Source of the DNA: Candidatus Bathyarchaeia archaeon
GTDB lineage: Archaea; Thermoproteota; Bathyarchaeia; TCS64
Length of the DNA: 10,778 bases
Direction of reading: 5' to 3'
Assembly (NCBI GenBank): GCA_050014495.1
Contig: JBEKDF010000062.1
Location: forward strand, 1-10,778
Part shown: positions 1 through 7,078 of the stretch, in pieces
Layout: each line of letters starts with the position of its first letter
How positions within the stretch are numbered: the stretch's first letter is position 1
Notes under the pieces: generated by a model
What the model saw: the letters and a program-made list of their open reading frames with translations, nothing else
Database searches by the model: none
What the model was told of the DNA's origin: nothing
Translations under genes and position numbers: made by a program

Positions 1-162
1 AAGAAGATCTCTCCGAGGGAGGCGGTCTTCGTGCCGGCGGGTGCGTTGCACAGGATCGATGTGGATTTGGGGGCGGACCTGGATTACGTGGTTATCTATG
101 CTCCTCCTGGGCCGGAGGAGGAGCTTGATCAAAGAGGAGAACACGCCTTTGAAGTATATTAA
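1..162 (+). CDS. Cupin-domain protein, C-terminal part (5' truncated by window)
   Basis: Frame 1 reads KKISPREAVFVPAGALHRIDVDLGADLDYVVIYAPPGPEEELDQRGEHAFEVY* (TAA 160-162). 'VFVPAGALHRI' fits cupin motif 2 (PxGxxH) and is followed by a typical 'VIYAPP' strand. Not in the ORF track because it has no start in the window. Confidence 0.8.
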   Translation, partial: KKISPREAVFVPAGALHRIDVDLGADLDYVVIYAPPGPEEELDQRGEHAFEVY

Positions 163-173
163 TCCCTTATTTT

Positions 174-192
174 TACGCGCGCGCGATCCTAG
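174..192 (+). repeat. Intergenic CG-alternating repeat copy (TACGCGCGCGCGATCCTAG)
   Basis: Starts 12 nt after the cupin stop. Near-identical to 2865-2882 and to the reverse complement of 5196-5215. Confidence 0.7.
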
Positions 193-339
193 TGATAGTT
201 AATGTCTGAGAAAAGTATACTATGTCTCTGGCATTGCGAGTATGAACCCTGCCTCCATACCTTTGAAAATGATAAATGAAGATAGAAAAACTACGGTGGT
301 AAACAAATAATCATCAAATTACCCTCGCTCGCATCAAGG

Positions 340-345
340 TATAAA
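340..345 (+). promoter_or_regulatory. Putative archaeal TATA box for the SOR-like gene
   Basis: TATAAA lies about 25 nt upstream of ATG 370 with no clear SD, consistent with a leaderless transcript. Confidence 0.4.
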
Positions 346-369
346 TTCAAAAAGGTATTAGCTTAATCC

Positions 370-768
370 ATGGCAGAGCACATAGCAGAAAAAATCAAGA
401 CGGCTGACTGGAAAGCCGAAAAACATGTTCCAGTAATTGAATGTAAAGAGAAGATCCAAAAAGACGAGCTGTTAAACGTTAAATTATCAGTGGGTAAGGA
501 AATCAGTCACCCAAATACAACTGAACATCACATCAGGTGGATAAGGGCCTACTTTGTTCCGGAGGGTGGCACGTCCGCATACGATCTCGGATCATTTGAG
601 TTCAACGCCCATGGGGAAAGTGGCGCCGGTCCGAATAAGGGGCCTGTTTACACTCATCATGAGGTGAGTTTCTCCTTTAGGACGGGTCAATCAGGCACGA
701 TAAATGCCGTGTCATACTGTAACATCCATGGGTTGTGGGAGTCGTCTAAAATAATCCAAGTAGAGTAG
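370..768 (+). CDS. Class II SORL-domain protein (superoxide reductase / neelaredoxin-desulfoferrodoxin family)
   Basis: Iron-site motifs EKHVP, HPNTTEHHIRWI and YCNIHGLW are all present. There is no N-terminal desulforedoxin CxxC domain. Confidence 0.92.
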   Translation: MAEHIAEKIKTADWKAEKHVPVIECKEKIQKDELLNVKLSVGKEISHPNTTEHHIRWIRAYFVPEGGTSAYDLGSFEFNAHGESGAGPNKGPVYTHHEVSFSFRTGQSGTINAVSYCNIHGLWESSKIIQVE

Positions 769-824
769 TAAAAACGAGATTTGTACACTAAATAGTCACA
801 CGCATCTAACAGGGTTGTGGGATC

Positions 825-1301
825 ATGAGAATAATAGCTGGGATGGGCGAGTTCTTCAGACAGTCAAGGGTTGTCTTTATGACAACATTATCCGAGACGG
901 GTGAGGAACATAGCAGAGCCATGACAAACTTCAACGAAGATCCATACTCGATGATGTGGTTTCCGACATATACCAATACAAGGAAGGTGGATGACATCAG
1001 AAATAATCCAAAGGTGCTCATCCTTTTTCCAGCTCAGGAAGAGGGGGAGTATTACGAGATTGAAGGCATGGGAGAGTTAGCGGATGAGGTAGAGGTAAAT
1101 GAGAAATGGAGATGGTGGTACCTCTACTGGCGTCCTGAGATGGAAGACAAGTTCTGGTTCCCTAGTGATGGGATTCACCCTGAGAGGTCTTTGATTCATG
1201 TCTCACCGATTGAGGTGAAGTTGATTAAAGGGGTCAAATTCGAGAGATTAGTAGCTGAATTACCTCATGAATATCGCTATTACCTTAAAATAATAAGGTA
1301 A
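825..1301 (+). CDS. Pyridoxamine 5'-phosphate oxidase-like (FMN/F420-binding split barrel, general stress protein type)
   Basis: Signature 'SRAM...MWFPTYTNTRKVDDIRNNPKVLILF...YEIEG' followed by a Trp-rich segment and 'LIHVSP'. Confidence 0.8.
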   Translation: MRIIAGMGEFFRQSRVVFMTTLSETGEEHSRAMTNFNEDPYSMMWFPTYTNTRKVDDIRNNPKVLILFPAQEEGEYYEIEGMGELADEVEVNEKWRWWYLYWRPEMEDKFWFPSDGIHPERSLIHVSPIEVKLIKGVKFERLVAELPHEYRYYLKIIR

Positions 1302-1623
1302 AATACCGTTCACGTGCGCATAGCCACAATTGGACTTGTACTCCAAACCGTAATTGTGATGAGTGCAGCCAGCCGCGCGTGCGACGTTCCTTAATAGTAT
1401 TCGGATCGGAGGCTGACGTCGTCTTCAACTCAATAGAAGCCTTTGAGGCAGTCGTCGAGCGTTACCAAGCTTTGGAATAAACGAGTTCATATTCTACTAT
1501 CCTAAGAAGGAGGAGCAATCCCGGTTTTCGAACGCGCGCGGCTGCACACGCGCATACATCATCGCGGACATGCTGTACAGAAGGATAAATAAGGATCGAT
1601 TTACTTACTTTTTTTGACTCTGT

Positions 1624-1725
1624 ATGCCATGTAAGTGTAAAGAGTGTGGCGAAGTCTTCCCCAGTGCCAAGCAGAGAGATGCCCATGTAGCTAAAGCACA
1701 CTCGGAGAAGAAGAAGCCACAGTAG
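1624..1725 (+). CDS. 33-aa stand-alone C2H2 zinc-finger microprotein
   Basis: ATG 1624 to TAG 1723-1725 gives MPCKCKECGEVFPSAKQRDAHVAKAHSEKKKPQ, matching C-x2-C-x3-F-x8-H-x4-H with a basic tail. An A/T-rich box GATAAATA lies at 1584-1591. Confidence 0.75.
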   Translation: MPCKCKECGEVFPSAKQRDAHVAKAHSEKKKPQ

Positions 1726-1786
1726 ACGTGAACAGTCGCCAAACCTTCATAAAGCGAATGGACACATACCCATTTTCTGTCATCTT

Positions 1787-2026
1787 TCACTTTATCTTCT
1801 TAATAACTATTCGAATTGCACCGCCTTCATCATTGGTGCTGCTAACAATTTCCTGCCCAAGACGCTTAACGAGGCTGTGGATGTCTGAATCCGCAGCGGG
1901 ATCATCAGCGACAACCTCCAACGTCTCCCCTACCCCCATCTCATCCAACTCCAATCTCGTCCTAAAGACCGGCTCAGGGCAGTACAAACCCAAACAATCA
2001 AGCCTTCTATCGACGCGAGAAGCCAA
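1787..2026 (-). CDS. tusA: TusA/SirA-family sulfur carrier
   Basis: LDCLGLYCPEP (CPxP motif), 'GETLEVVADDPAADSDI' and C-terminal 'IVIKK'. Likely start is TTG at 2026 after a GGGGGAG SD, rather than 2071 which overlaps the dsrE-like gene. This gives 79 aa. Confidence 0.9.
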   Translation of the reverse strand: MASRVDRRLDCLGLYCPEPVFRTRLELDEMGVGETLEVVADDPAADSDIHSLVKRLGQEIVSSTNDEGGAIRIVIKKIK

Positions 2027-2061
2027 TAAATCTCCCCCAAAACATGTTGAGCTGGTAGATT

Positions 2062-2424
2062 TTAGAACCACATGGTAGCATTAGCATCCAATGCCAAGTC
2101 GTTAAGCGTAGCCGCACCCACGATTTTTACTCCCGGAATCAGGGTCACCTTGTCCCATCCTAGCATCTGCTTGGAGGCTTCGCAGACGTCGATTTCGATC
2201 CCCATCTGAATAGTCTTCTGGATCATCTCCGCGACGCTGGGAAAGGCTCCCAGCTTTATCTTTTCAGCCGCCCCAGGGAGCAGTATCTTTAGGCCTTGGC
2301 CCAGGAAGTAGACTTTAGGGTTCAGACCCATTGCTTTGGCTGTCTGAGCCAATACTAGGGGGGAGTACTGTCTCTCGGGTTGGTCGCTTGTCTGAACATA
2401 CAAGACGAATTTCTCATCTTTCAA
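2062..2424 (-). CDS. DsrE/DsrF-family protein
   Basis: 'VYFLGQGLKIL...GIEIDVCEAS...GVKIVGAATL' is typical of the DsrE fold, with the conserved Cys. TTG start is preceded by a GGTGA SD. Co-oriented directly upstream of tusA. Confidence 0.85.
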   Translation of the reverse strand: MKDEKFVLYVQTSDQPERQYSPLVLAQTAKAMGLNPKVYFLGQGLKILLPGAAEKIKLGAFPSVAEMIQKTIQMGIEIDVCEASKQMLGWDKVTLIPGVKIVGAATLNDLALDANATMWF

Positions 2425-2512
2425 AATACATTCACCAGTTACGTTTTACCCGTTATTGCTTCTTATTTCGTTCGAAATAAACATAATGCGAATGCGATAA
2501 CTCGACAATGGT

Positions 2513-2794
2513 TTAAGTTTGTGAACGAATCATCGAATTTTTCATGATCTTCCTACATTCAACGCTGAGAGCCCATCTGTCCCTTCCCCCACGAACCAGC
2601 ATACCCGACTTCACCAATTTCCTACGAATACTATCGTTGAAGACCTCACATGGTGACACTCCCCGCTCTATCCTCCTGAGATCCGAGGCGAAGCATATTA
2701 TGAGGTTCCGGTCGCTCCTCCGCTCGTTATCATCGACCTCCTCCTCATTCAGGGACGGTGAAGGCCTCTGTATTTGCGTGTAGTAGTGGGTCAA
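2513..2794 (-). CDS. Hypothetical protein, possibly winged-helix-like
   Basis: 93-aa ORF with an acidic N-terminus and a basic C-terminus 'RRKLVKSGMLVRGGRDRWALS' resembling a wHTH helix and wing. Start codon uncertain. Confidence 0.5.
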   Translation of the reverse strand: MTHYYTQIQRPSPSLNEEEVDDNERRSDRNLIICFASDLRRIERGVSPCEVFNDSIRRKLVKSGMLVRGGRDRWALSVECRKIMKNSMIRSQT

Positions 2795-2863
2795 TCTACA
2801 ACCATCCTCGTCTACATTAAAGTGATGCAGCGCAACATATGGATATGAGCCTGTGTGTACACC

Positions 2864-2931
2864 TACACGCGCGCATCCTAGCGTGTAATAATCTTATCCT
2901 CACTCCCACCTGATGCTAATGCGAGCGCGTA
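2864..2931. repeat. Inverted pair of the CG-alternating intergenic element
   Basis: TACACGCGCGCATCCTAGC at 2864-2882 faces GCTAATGCGAGCGCGTA at 2915-2931, whose reverse complement is TACGCGCTCGCATTAGC. Confidence 0.65.
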
Positions 2932-2985
2932 AGATAATTGCACATATAATATCTGGGATTCCGCGAAAACTATCGGTGAATAAGT

Positions 2986-3332
2986 TTGGTTCTACAAAAG
3001 AAGAATTTCCAGAAACCTGATGAGACTCAGACGCCTCAAGTTCAAGGGTAGACATCATCCGAATGGGTGACATGGCTGTTCTGAAACAAACGTATCAACC
3101 TGGGTGGCAATGGTCAAAACACCAGAAATCCATCGCGGGAACAAAATCCTGTCAAGTGCACCATTTCGGACTATTGCAATCAGGTAAGTTACATATGAAA
3201 GCTGACGATGGCCAAGAAATCGAACTTGGCCCAGGAGATGTAGTCGACATCCCGCCAGGACACGATGGCTGGGTAGTAGGAAACGAGCCCGCAACTTTCT
3301 ATTGGTTCCAAAGTAAAACAAACCCGAAGTGA
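2986..3332 (+). pseudogene. Cupin-domain protein gene with a 1-nt frameshift near 3033-3040 (pseudogene or assembly error)
   Basis: GGTGA SD at 2975-2979, then TTG 2986 reads MVLQKKNFQKPDETQTP before TAG 3049-3051. The -1 frame (open from 3024) continues SSSRVDIIRMGDMAVLKQTYQPGWQWS...SCQVHH...GPGDVVDIPPGHDGWVVGNEP to TGA 3332. Confidence 0.75.
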
Positions 3333-3334
3333 AT

Positions 3335-3365
3335 TACTCGCCGGGTAAGAGGCGGGTATCTTTTT
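3335..3365 (+). terminator. Hairpin plus T-run after the cupin stop
   Basis: TACTCGCC (3335-3342) pairs with GGCGGGTA (3351-3358) with one G-U pair, followed by TCTTTTT. Lies between convergent genes. Confidence 0.5.
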
Positions 3366-3399
3366 CAGGAATTTTCGCCTGCGTTTTTATGCGCCAATA

Positions 3400-4455
3400 T
3401 CACCGCCCCATAGGATGAGGCTCAGGGTGAGAATGAGGACCCAGCCAGGGATCCAACTTCGTCTTTATGTACACCCAGCCATCACCGTAGTCTAGCTGGG
3501 GTAGATGCATATTCTCGGAGTGACTTCTCAACCGAAAGCACCTATCAATCAGGTGATGAATCACGCGGACATCGTCCTCGTTGTACTCGAAGAACCGGGA
3601 CTCCAGCGGGGAGCCGTATTCAACGTGCCTCTGATACGCCTGTGCTACCTGTAGACCATCAAGGTCAGACTGCTTAAATCCATAGTTGAGGTACTTACCC
3701 AACTCCTTCAACGCGTAGCTGCTTTGTGGGAAGATGAAGCTCCTCCTCAGGAGAGTGCAGAGGTCAACATGGAGATACTCCTCAAGAGGATATGAGTCTA
3801 GCTCAAGCCGCTTCAAAGCCTTTAGGGTCACCCTGTAGTCGAAGCAGGTCCCCGAGTAACTCACCAGCGTATATCCTCTATGTATCACTAGGAAGCTCAG
3901 GAACTTCTCGAGGATGTCTTTCTCCTCCTCCCAACTCTCCGCGTAGAACTGGGTGAATCTACCATCGACTAGCAGTCCAATCAGCCAGACTCTGCTGCAC
4001 CTGTCATCGGTCTCGATGTCTATGTAGATAAGGCGGTCGCCTGGAAACTCGATCGACTCCGTCTGAAGAATCTTCCCGCTTACATAGGAGAGGGCTCGAA
4101 GTCGAATCTTGCGGAGCAGGGAAGCGGGTATTCCGAGTGGCTCCTCGAACTCTTCGATGTCAGTTATCTTGGCGATGTCGCCTATTGTTTCGAGGCCAAT
4201 TCCTCTCAGAACCTCAGAGTACCGTTTACCTATTCCATAGATGCTCTCAATAGGGAAACTCGCTGCTACACGGCTGCCTGTCCACCCAACCTCCGAGGCG
4301 TCATCGGGGCGACTCTGTGTTTCGATTGTCTCCTGCGAGGCTGATGCGTTCAAGGCATATTCGCTGGTGCCATTTTGGGCTGATAAGCAGTTGGAACGTT
4401 GCTGTGGGTTGGAGATCGGTGAAGGTGCCTTCTCACAACAGCCTTTTGCATGCAT
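3400..4455 (-). CDS. Helix-hairpin-helix + RNase H-fold DEDD exonuclease (RNase_H_2; YprB/TM0106 C-terminal type)
   Basis: HhH 'IESIYGIGKRYSEVLRGIGLETIGDIA', ExoI 'IYIDIET', ExoII 'SYSGTCFD', 'HVDL...SYALKELG', ExoIII 'YNEDDV'. The first ~60 aa are low-complexity and the true start is uncertain. Confidence 0.85.
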   Translation of the reverse strand: MHAKGCCEKAPSPISNPQQRSNCLSAQNGTSEYALNASASQETIETQSRPDDASEVGWTGSRVAASFPIESIYGIGKRYSEVLRGIGLETIGDIAKITDIEEFEEPLGIPASLLRKIRLRALSYVSGKILQTESIEFPGDRLIYIDIETDDRCSRVWLIGLLVDGRFTQFYAESWEEEKDILEKFLSFLVIHRGYTLVSYSGTCFDYRVTLKALKRLELDSYPLEEYLHVDLCTLLRRSFIFPQSSYALKELGKYLNYGFKQSDLDGLQVAQAYQRHVEYGSPLESRFFEYNEDDVRVIHHLIDRCFRLRSHSENMHLPQLDYGDGWVYIKTKLDPWLGPHSHPEPHPMGR

Positions 4456-4470
4456 AAGAAGGAGGGATGC

Positions 4471-4929
4471 CTACTTGGTACCCTTCATCCTCTTCTCGAC
4501 GCCGAGGATGGCGGCGATCTGCCCCTCATGATGGATTATCTCGCTCACCATAATCATCAAATAGTACTCGAGTGGCTTCTTGCCCTCCCATGCCTCTATC
4601 TCAGCGTCGAGCTTGTCATTAGTTAATTTGTTGAGGCCAGCGTTGAGCTTCCTGTGTCCCTTTTCTATGTCGGCCATGATTTTTTCCATTTTATACTTCG
4701 GGTTGCCAACGTAGTCCTTTGGCCAGTCTTTTGGTTGCGGTTCGCCTAATAATTTGGGTATATCGATGTTTAGCTCCTCACTCAGATGTGTGAGTATCCA
4801 CCTGATTGTATTTGCTTGGGTGCAGCTCTTCCAGTCGAGCTGCTCGGGCTTGAGGGTCTTCGTCGCACTCCCTAATCTGTCGAATCCAATCTGTGCGAAG
4901 TCCTTTATCATCTTCGTCTTGACGGTCAT
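4471..4929 (-). CDS. DinB/YfiT-family four-helix-bundle protein
   Basis: 'LKPEQLDWK...NTIRWILTHL' and C-terminal 'EIIHHEGQI' are DinB signatures. Confidence 0.85.
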   Translation of the reverse strand: MTVKTKMIKDFAQIGFDRLGSATKTLKPEQLDWKSCTQANTIRWILTHLSEELNIDIPKLLGEPQPKDWPKDYVGNPKYKMEKIMADIEKGHRKLNAGLNKLTNDKLDAEIEAWEGKKPLEYYLMIMVSEIIHHEGQIAAILGVEKRMKGTK

Positions 4930-5195
4930 CTTACTACCGGAATCTGAGTGTAACCTATGATTTATTTAACAATACTGCGCGCGCTAAGACTAGTGTGCGA
5001 TTGGCCAAATTAGAATGCCTCCTTGTAGATCATCAATTTTGTTTTGAAATACTGAAATCGACTTTCATTCATATCATTCCACTAAAAAAAGACCTGAGAA
5101 TATTTCTTTATAAACCTATGATTTTTATAATTTTTCCCAAAAAATTAACTAGTTTTATTAAATATTATATTTGATACAATTAAATTTACTTCTAT

Positions 5196-5215
5196 GCTAG
5201 GATGCGGGCGCGTGT
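5196..5215 (-). repeat. Intergenic CG-alternating repeat copy
   Basis: Reverse complement ACACGCGCCCGCATCCTAGC differs from 2865-2882 only by a 2-nt insertion. Starts 15 nt after the stop of the ThiR-like gene, on the same strand. Confidence 0.7.
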
Positions 5216-5229
5216 TTAGGCTTTGGGGA

Positions 5230-6255
5230 TTACTGTTTTATCCTCTTCGAAAGATTTCGAGCGATCTTCACAGCTTCCTGAGCCACCTCTATCGGGTTTA
5301 TTCCGAAGAGAAAGACCATGGGCTCCTTCCCAATGCCACCGAGATCGTAGATCACATTCAGTGGTTCCTTCACATCTGAATACGCTCGTCTTATCCCCCA
5401 AGGTATCGTTTTACCCTCCATTACCCTAACTTCTTGTGGTTCGTCTCTTCTGTCGAAGTGAGAGATCACGAGTCCAAGTTCTTCGCATACCCTGATGACT
5501 TCGGCGTCGTACTTGAGGCTCAATGATGATCTTAGAGCAGGCTGAAGGGACATCATGGTTAGCGTGGCCCTAGCCACGTGTGATGACCCACCGAACTCTG
5601 GTGGTCTTGATGATCGTGGGTACCCTCCTATTGGGTGTATCCTGCCCGGAATCCCCACGATGTCGTTTATAGTATCTGCCTCTGGTTTGCCATATGTTAT
5701 GTTCATACCTATCTCGGGTATGAGGGAGGCAAGCTCTTTGCATCCCTCTATCAAGCTGAGGGATTGCCTCACCATGTCAATTATCTCCGCGTCCTCACGG
5801 GATCTCTGCTTGAATGTAGAGTAGTCCTCCACGCATACTGCGCAATTTATTGGTAGCTCCTCATATCCATCTCTATGGATTGCGCATATCGGTCCAAAGC
5901 TCCTAAGCTCCAAACATAAACCGCAGACTCTGCGTATGGCCTCTGTCTCAGTTAGCCTGCCGTCGATCCAATCCTCTGATATGTCCTTGGCGAGTGTCTC
6001 TATCTTCGTGACTCCTCTGAGCTCCTCCCTGGTCCGTGGTTTGCTGTGTAGGTAGCTGGAAACCGCGGGCTGAGTCACACCAACTATCTTAGCAGCCTGC
6101 AGTTGACTAATCCCCCTGTTGACAACTAATTCCCTCACGAGGGCTTTTCTCATGAGGGGTAACAGTTGCTCCGTTACTATCTCACAGGGTAGTCTGATCC
6201 TCACCTCGTCGCGTGGGGACCTCTTCGACTTCTCCTCCCCTTCCATGATGTTCAA
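5230..6255 (-). CDS. ThiR-like regulator: N-terminal HTH + Cys/His-rich linker + ThiN (thiamine-phosphate synthase) domain
   Basis: 'LPCEIV...GISQLQAAKIVGVTQPAVSSYL' HTH, linker 'CGLC...CAIH...CAVC', and ThiN motifs 'LIPEIGMNI', 'GIPGRI', 'PEFGGSSHVAR', 'DLGGIGKEPM'. Alternative start ATG 6246. Confidence 0.85.
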   Translation of the reverse strand: MNIMEGEEKSKRSPRDEVRIRLPCEIVTEQLLPLMRKALVRELVVNRGISQLQAAKIVGVTQPAVSSYLHSKPRTREELRGVTKIETLAKDISEDWIDGRLTETEAIRRVCGLCLELRSFGPICAIHRDGYEELPINCAVCVEDYSTFKQRSREDAEIIDMVRQSLSLIEGCKELASLIPEIGMNITYGKPEADTINDIVGIPGRIHPIGGYPRSSRPPEFGGSSHVARATLTMMSLQPALRSSLSLKYDAEVIRVCEELGLVISHFDRRDEPQEVRVMEGKTIPWGIRRAYSDVKEPLNVIYDLGGIGKEPMVFLFGINPIEVAQEAVKIARNLSKRIKQ

Positions 6256-6264
6256 TAAACGATC

Positions 6265-6281
6265 CTATAAGCTGCTTATAG
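6265..6281. promoter_or_regulatory. Palindromic operator candidate CTATAAG-ctg-CTTATAG upstream of the ThiR-like gene
   Basis: Perfect 7-bp inverted repeat in the 36-nt gap between the NTase stop and the regulator start. The same core occurs at 8734-8748. Confidence 0.6.
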
Positions 6282-6291
6282 TTGTTAGTCT

Positions 6292-7068
6292 TCACCTAAC
6301 GAGTTCCTCGACCTCATCCCACCATTTTTTCCTGGTTCCAACCAGCTTCCTCATCTCCCAGTTCCTAGACTTTGGCTCGGAATCGATTATTGTATTTATT
6401 TTCTCAATCTTGATCTTTAGTTCGTTGAACTGATTCTCTTCGACGCTTGGATCACTCCTAAGTAATCTGTTGAGGTTAGATTTCGCATCGAACCAGAAGC
6501 CCCAGTCATCGGCTAAAACGGATGCTATCCTTGAAACGTTAATAGATTCGGTGGCATCAACGTCGGTAAGAGGGTGTTCGAGGATTAGAATTTGTAGATC
6601 TCTTCTATCCTTCTCCTCAAGTGTGTGTATCTGAAGTTTAGATAATACAAGATCAGCGATCGTTAAGGTCGGGAAATCCAGCTCGATTCTCGCCGGCGCT
6701 CCCTCAGGTCGCAGGTTAATTTGATGGTTGAAGCGAAGTTTTTCGAAGAAGATGTCCACGGTGTATCTCCGTTCTGGATTGTGGAACATGAAGCGTTCCT
6801 CCCCGAAGTACGCCATAACGTAGCGGTCAGCGGTGTAGCCTGCGTCAATGAATAGATCATTCACTTCGACTTGTTTCGCTCTGTAAGTAACCATATCGAC
6901 GTCTTTTAACCCGTTTTTCTCCCGCTCAGGAACGTTGAGTCGATTTGTGTGGTTGTGGAATTCAATCGCAGCTCCACCAGTGAGCCTAAGGGGGATGCCC
7001 CACTTCTCTGCCTCCTCCACTAACCTGAGGGCATCGTTGAGGATCGGCTCAGTGATCGGGTTTGTCAA
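6292..7068 (-). CDS. Uncharacterised nucleotidyltransferase-fold protein (Pol beta superfamily-like)
   Basis: 'LRLTGGAA' + 'KDVDMV' (DxD) + 'TVDIF' (third Asp), then 'DLVLSKLQI...EKDRRDL'. TTG start lies 10 nt after the permease stop. Confidence 0.72.
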   Translation of the reverse strand: MTNPITEPILNDALRLVEEAEKWGIPLRLTGGAAIEFHNHTNRLNVPEREKNGLKDVDMVTYRAKQVEVNDLFIDAGYTADRYVMAYFGEERFMFHNPERRYTVDIFFEKLRFNHQINLRPEGAPARIELDFPTLTIADLVLSKLQIHTLEEKDRRDLQILILEHPLTDVDATESINVSRIASVLADDWGFWFDAKSNLNRLLRSDPSVEENQFNELKIKIEKINTIIDSEPKSRNWEMRKLVGTRKKWWDEVEELVR

Positions 7069-7078
7069 GCAGATCTAC

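Noticed and set aside
202..279. 25-aa Cys/His micro-ORF MSEKSILCLWHCEYEPCLHTFENDK
   Set aside because: Spacing matches no zinc-finger pattern I recognise, and it is short enough to arise by chance.
804..820. ATCTAAC (RYYYAAC) after the SOR-like gene, suggesting an integron attC site
   Set aside because: No matching GTTRRRY at a suitable distance, no L boxes, genes are in mixed orientation and there is no integrase.
2027..2071. N-terminal extension of TusA in the ORF track
   Set aside because: It overlaps the dsrE-like stop. TTG 2026 with an SD gives a family-typical length.
6292..7068. CBASS/CD-NTase or MNT-HEPN defence interpretation of the nucleotidyltransferase
   Set aside because: No effector, HEPN or Cap gene is adjacent. 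The context is a permease and a metabolic regulator.
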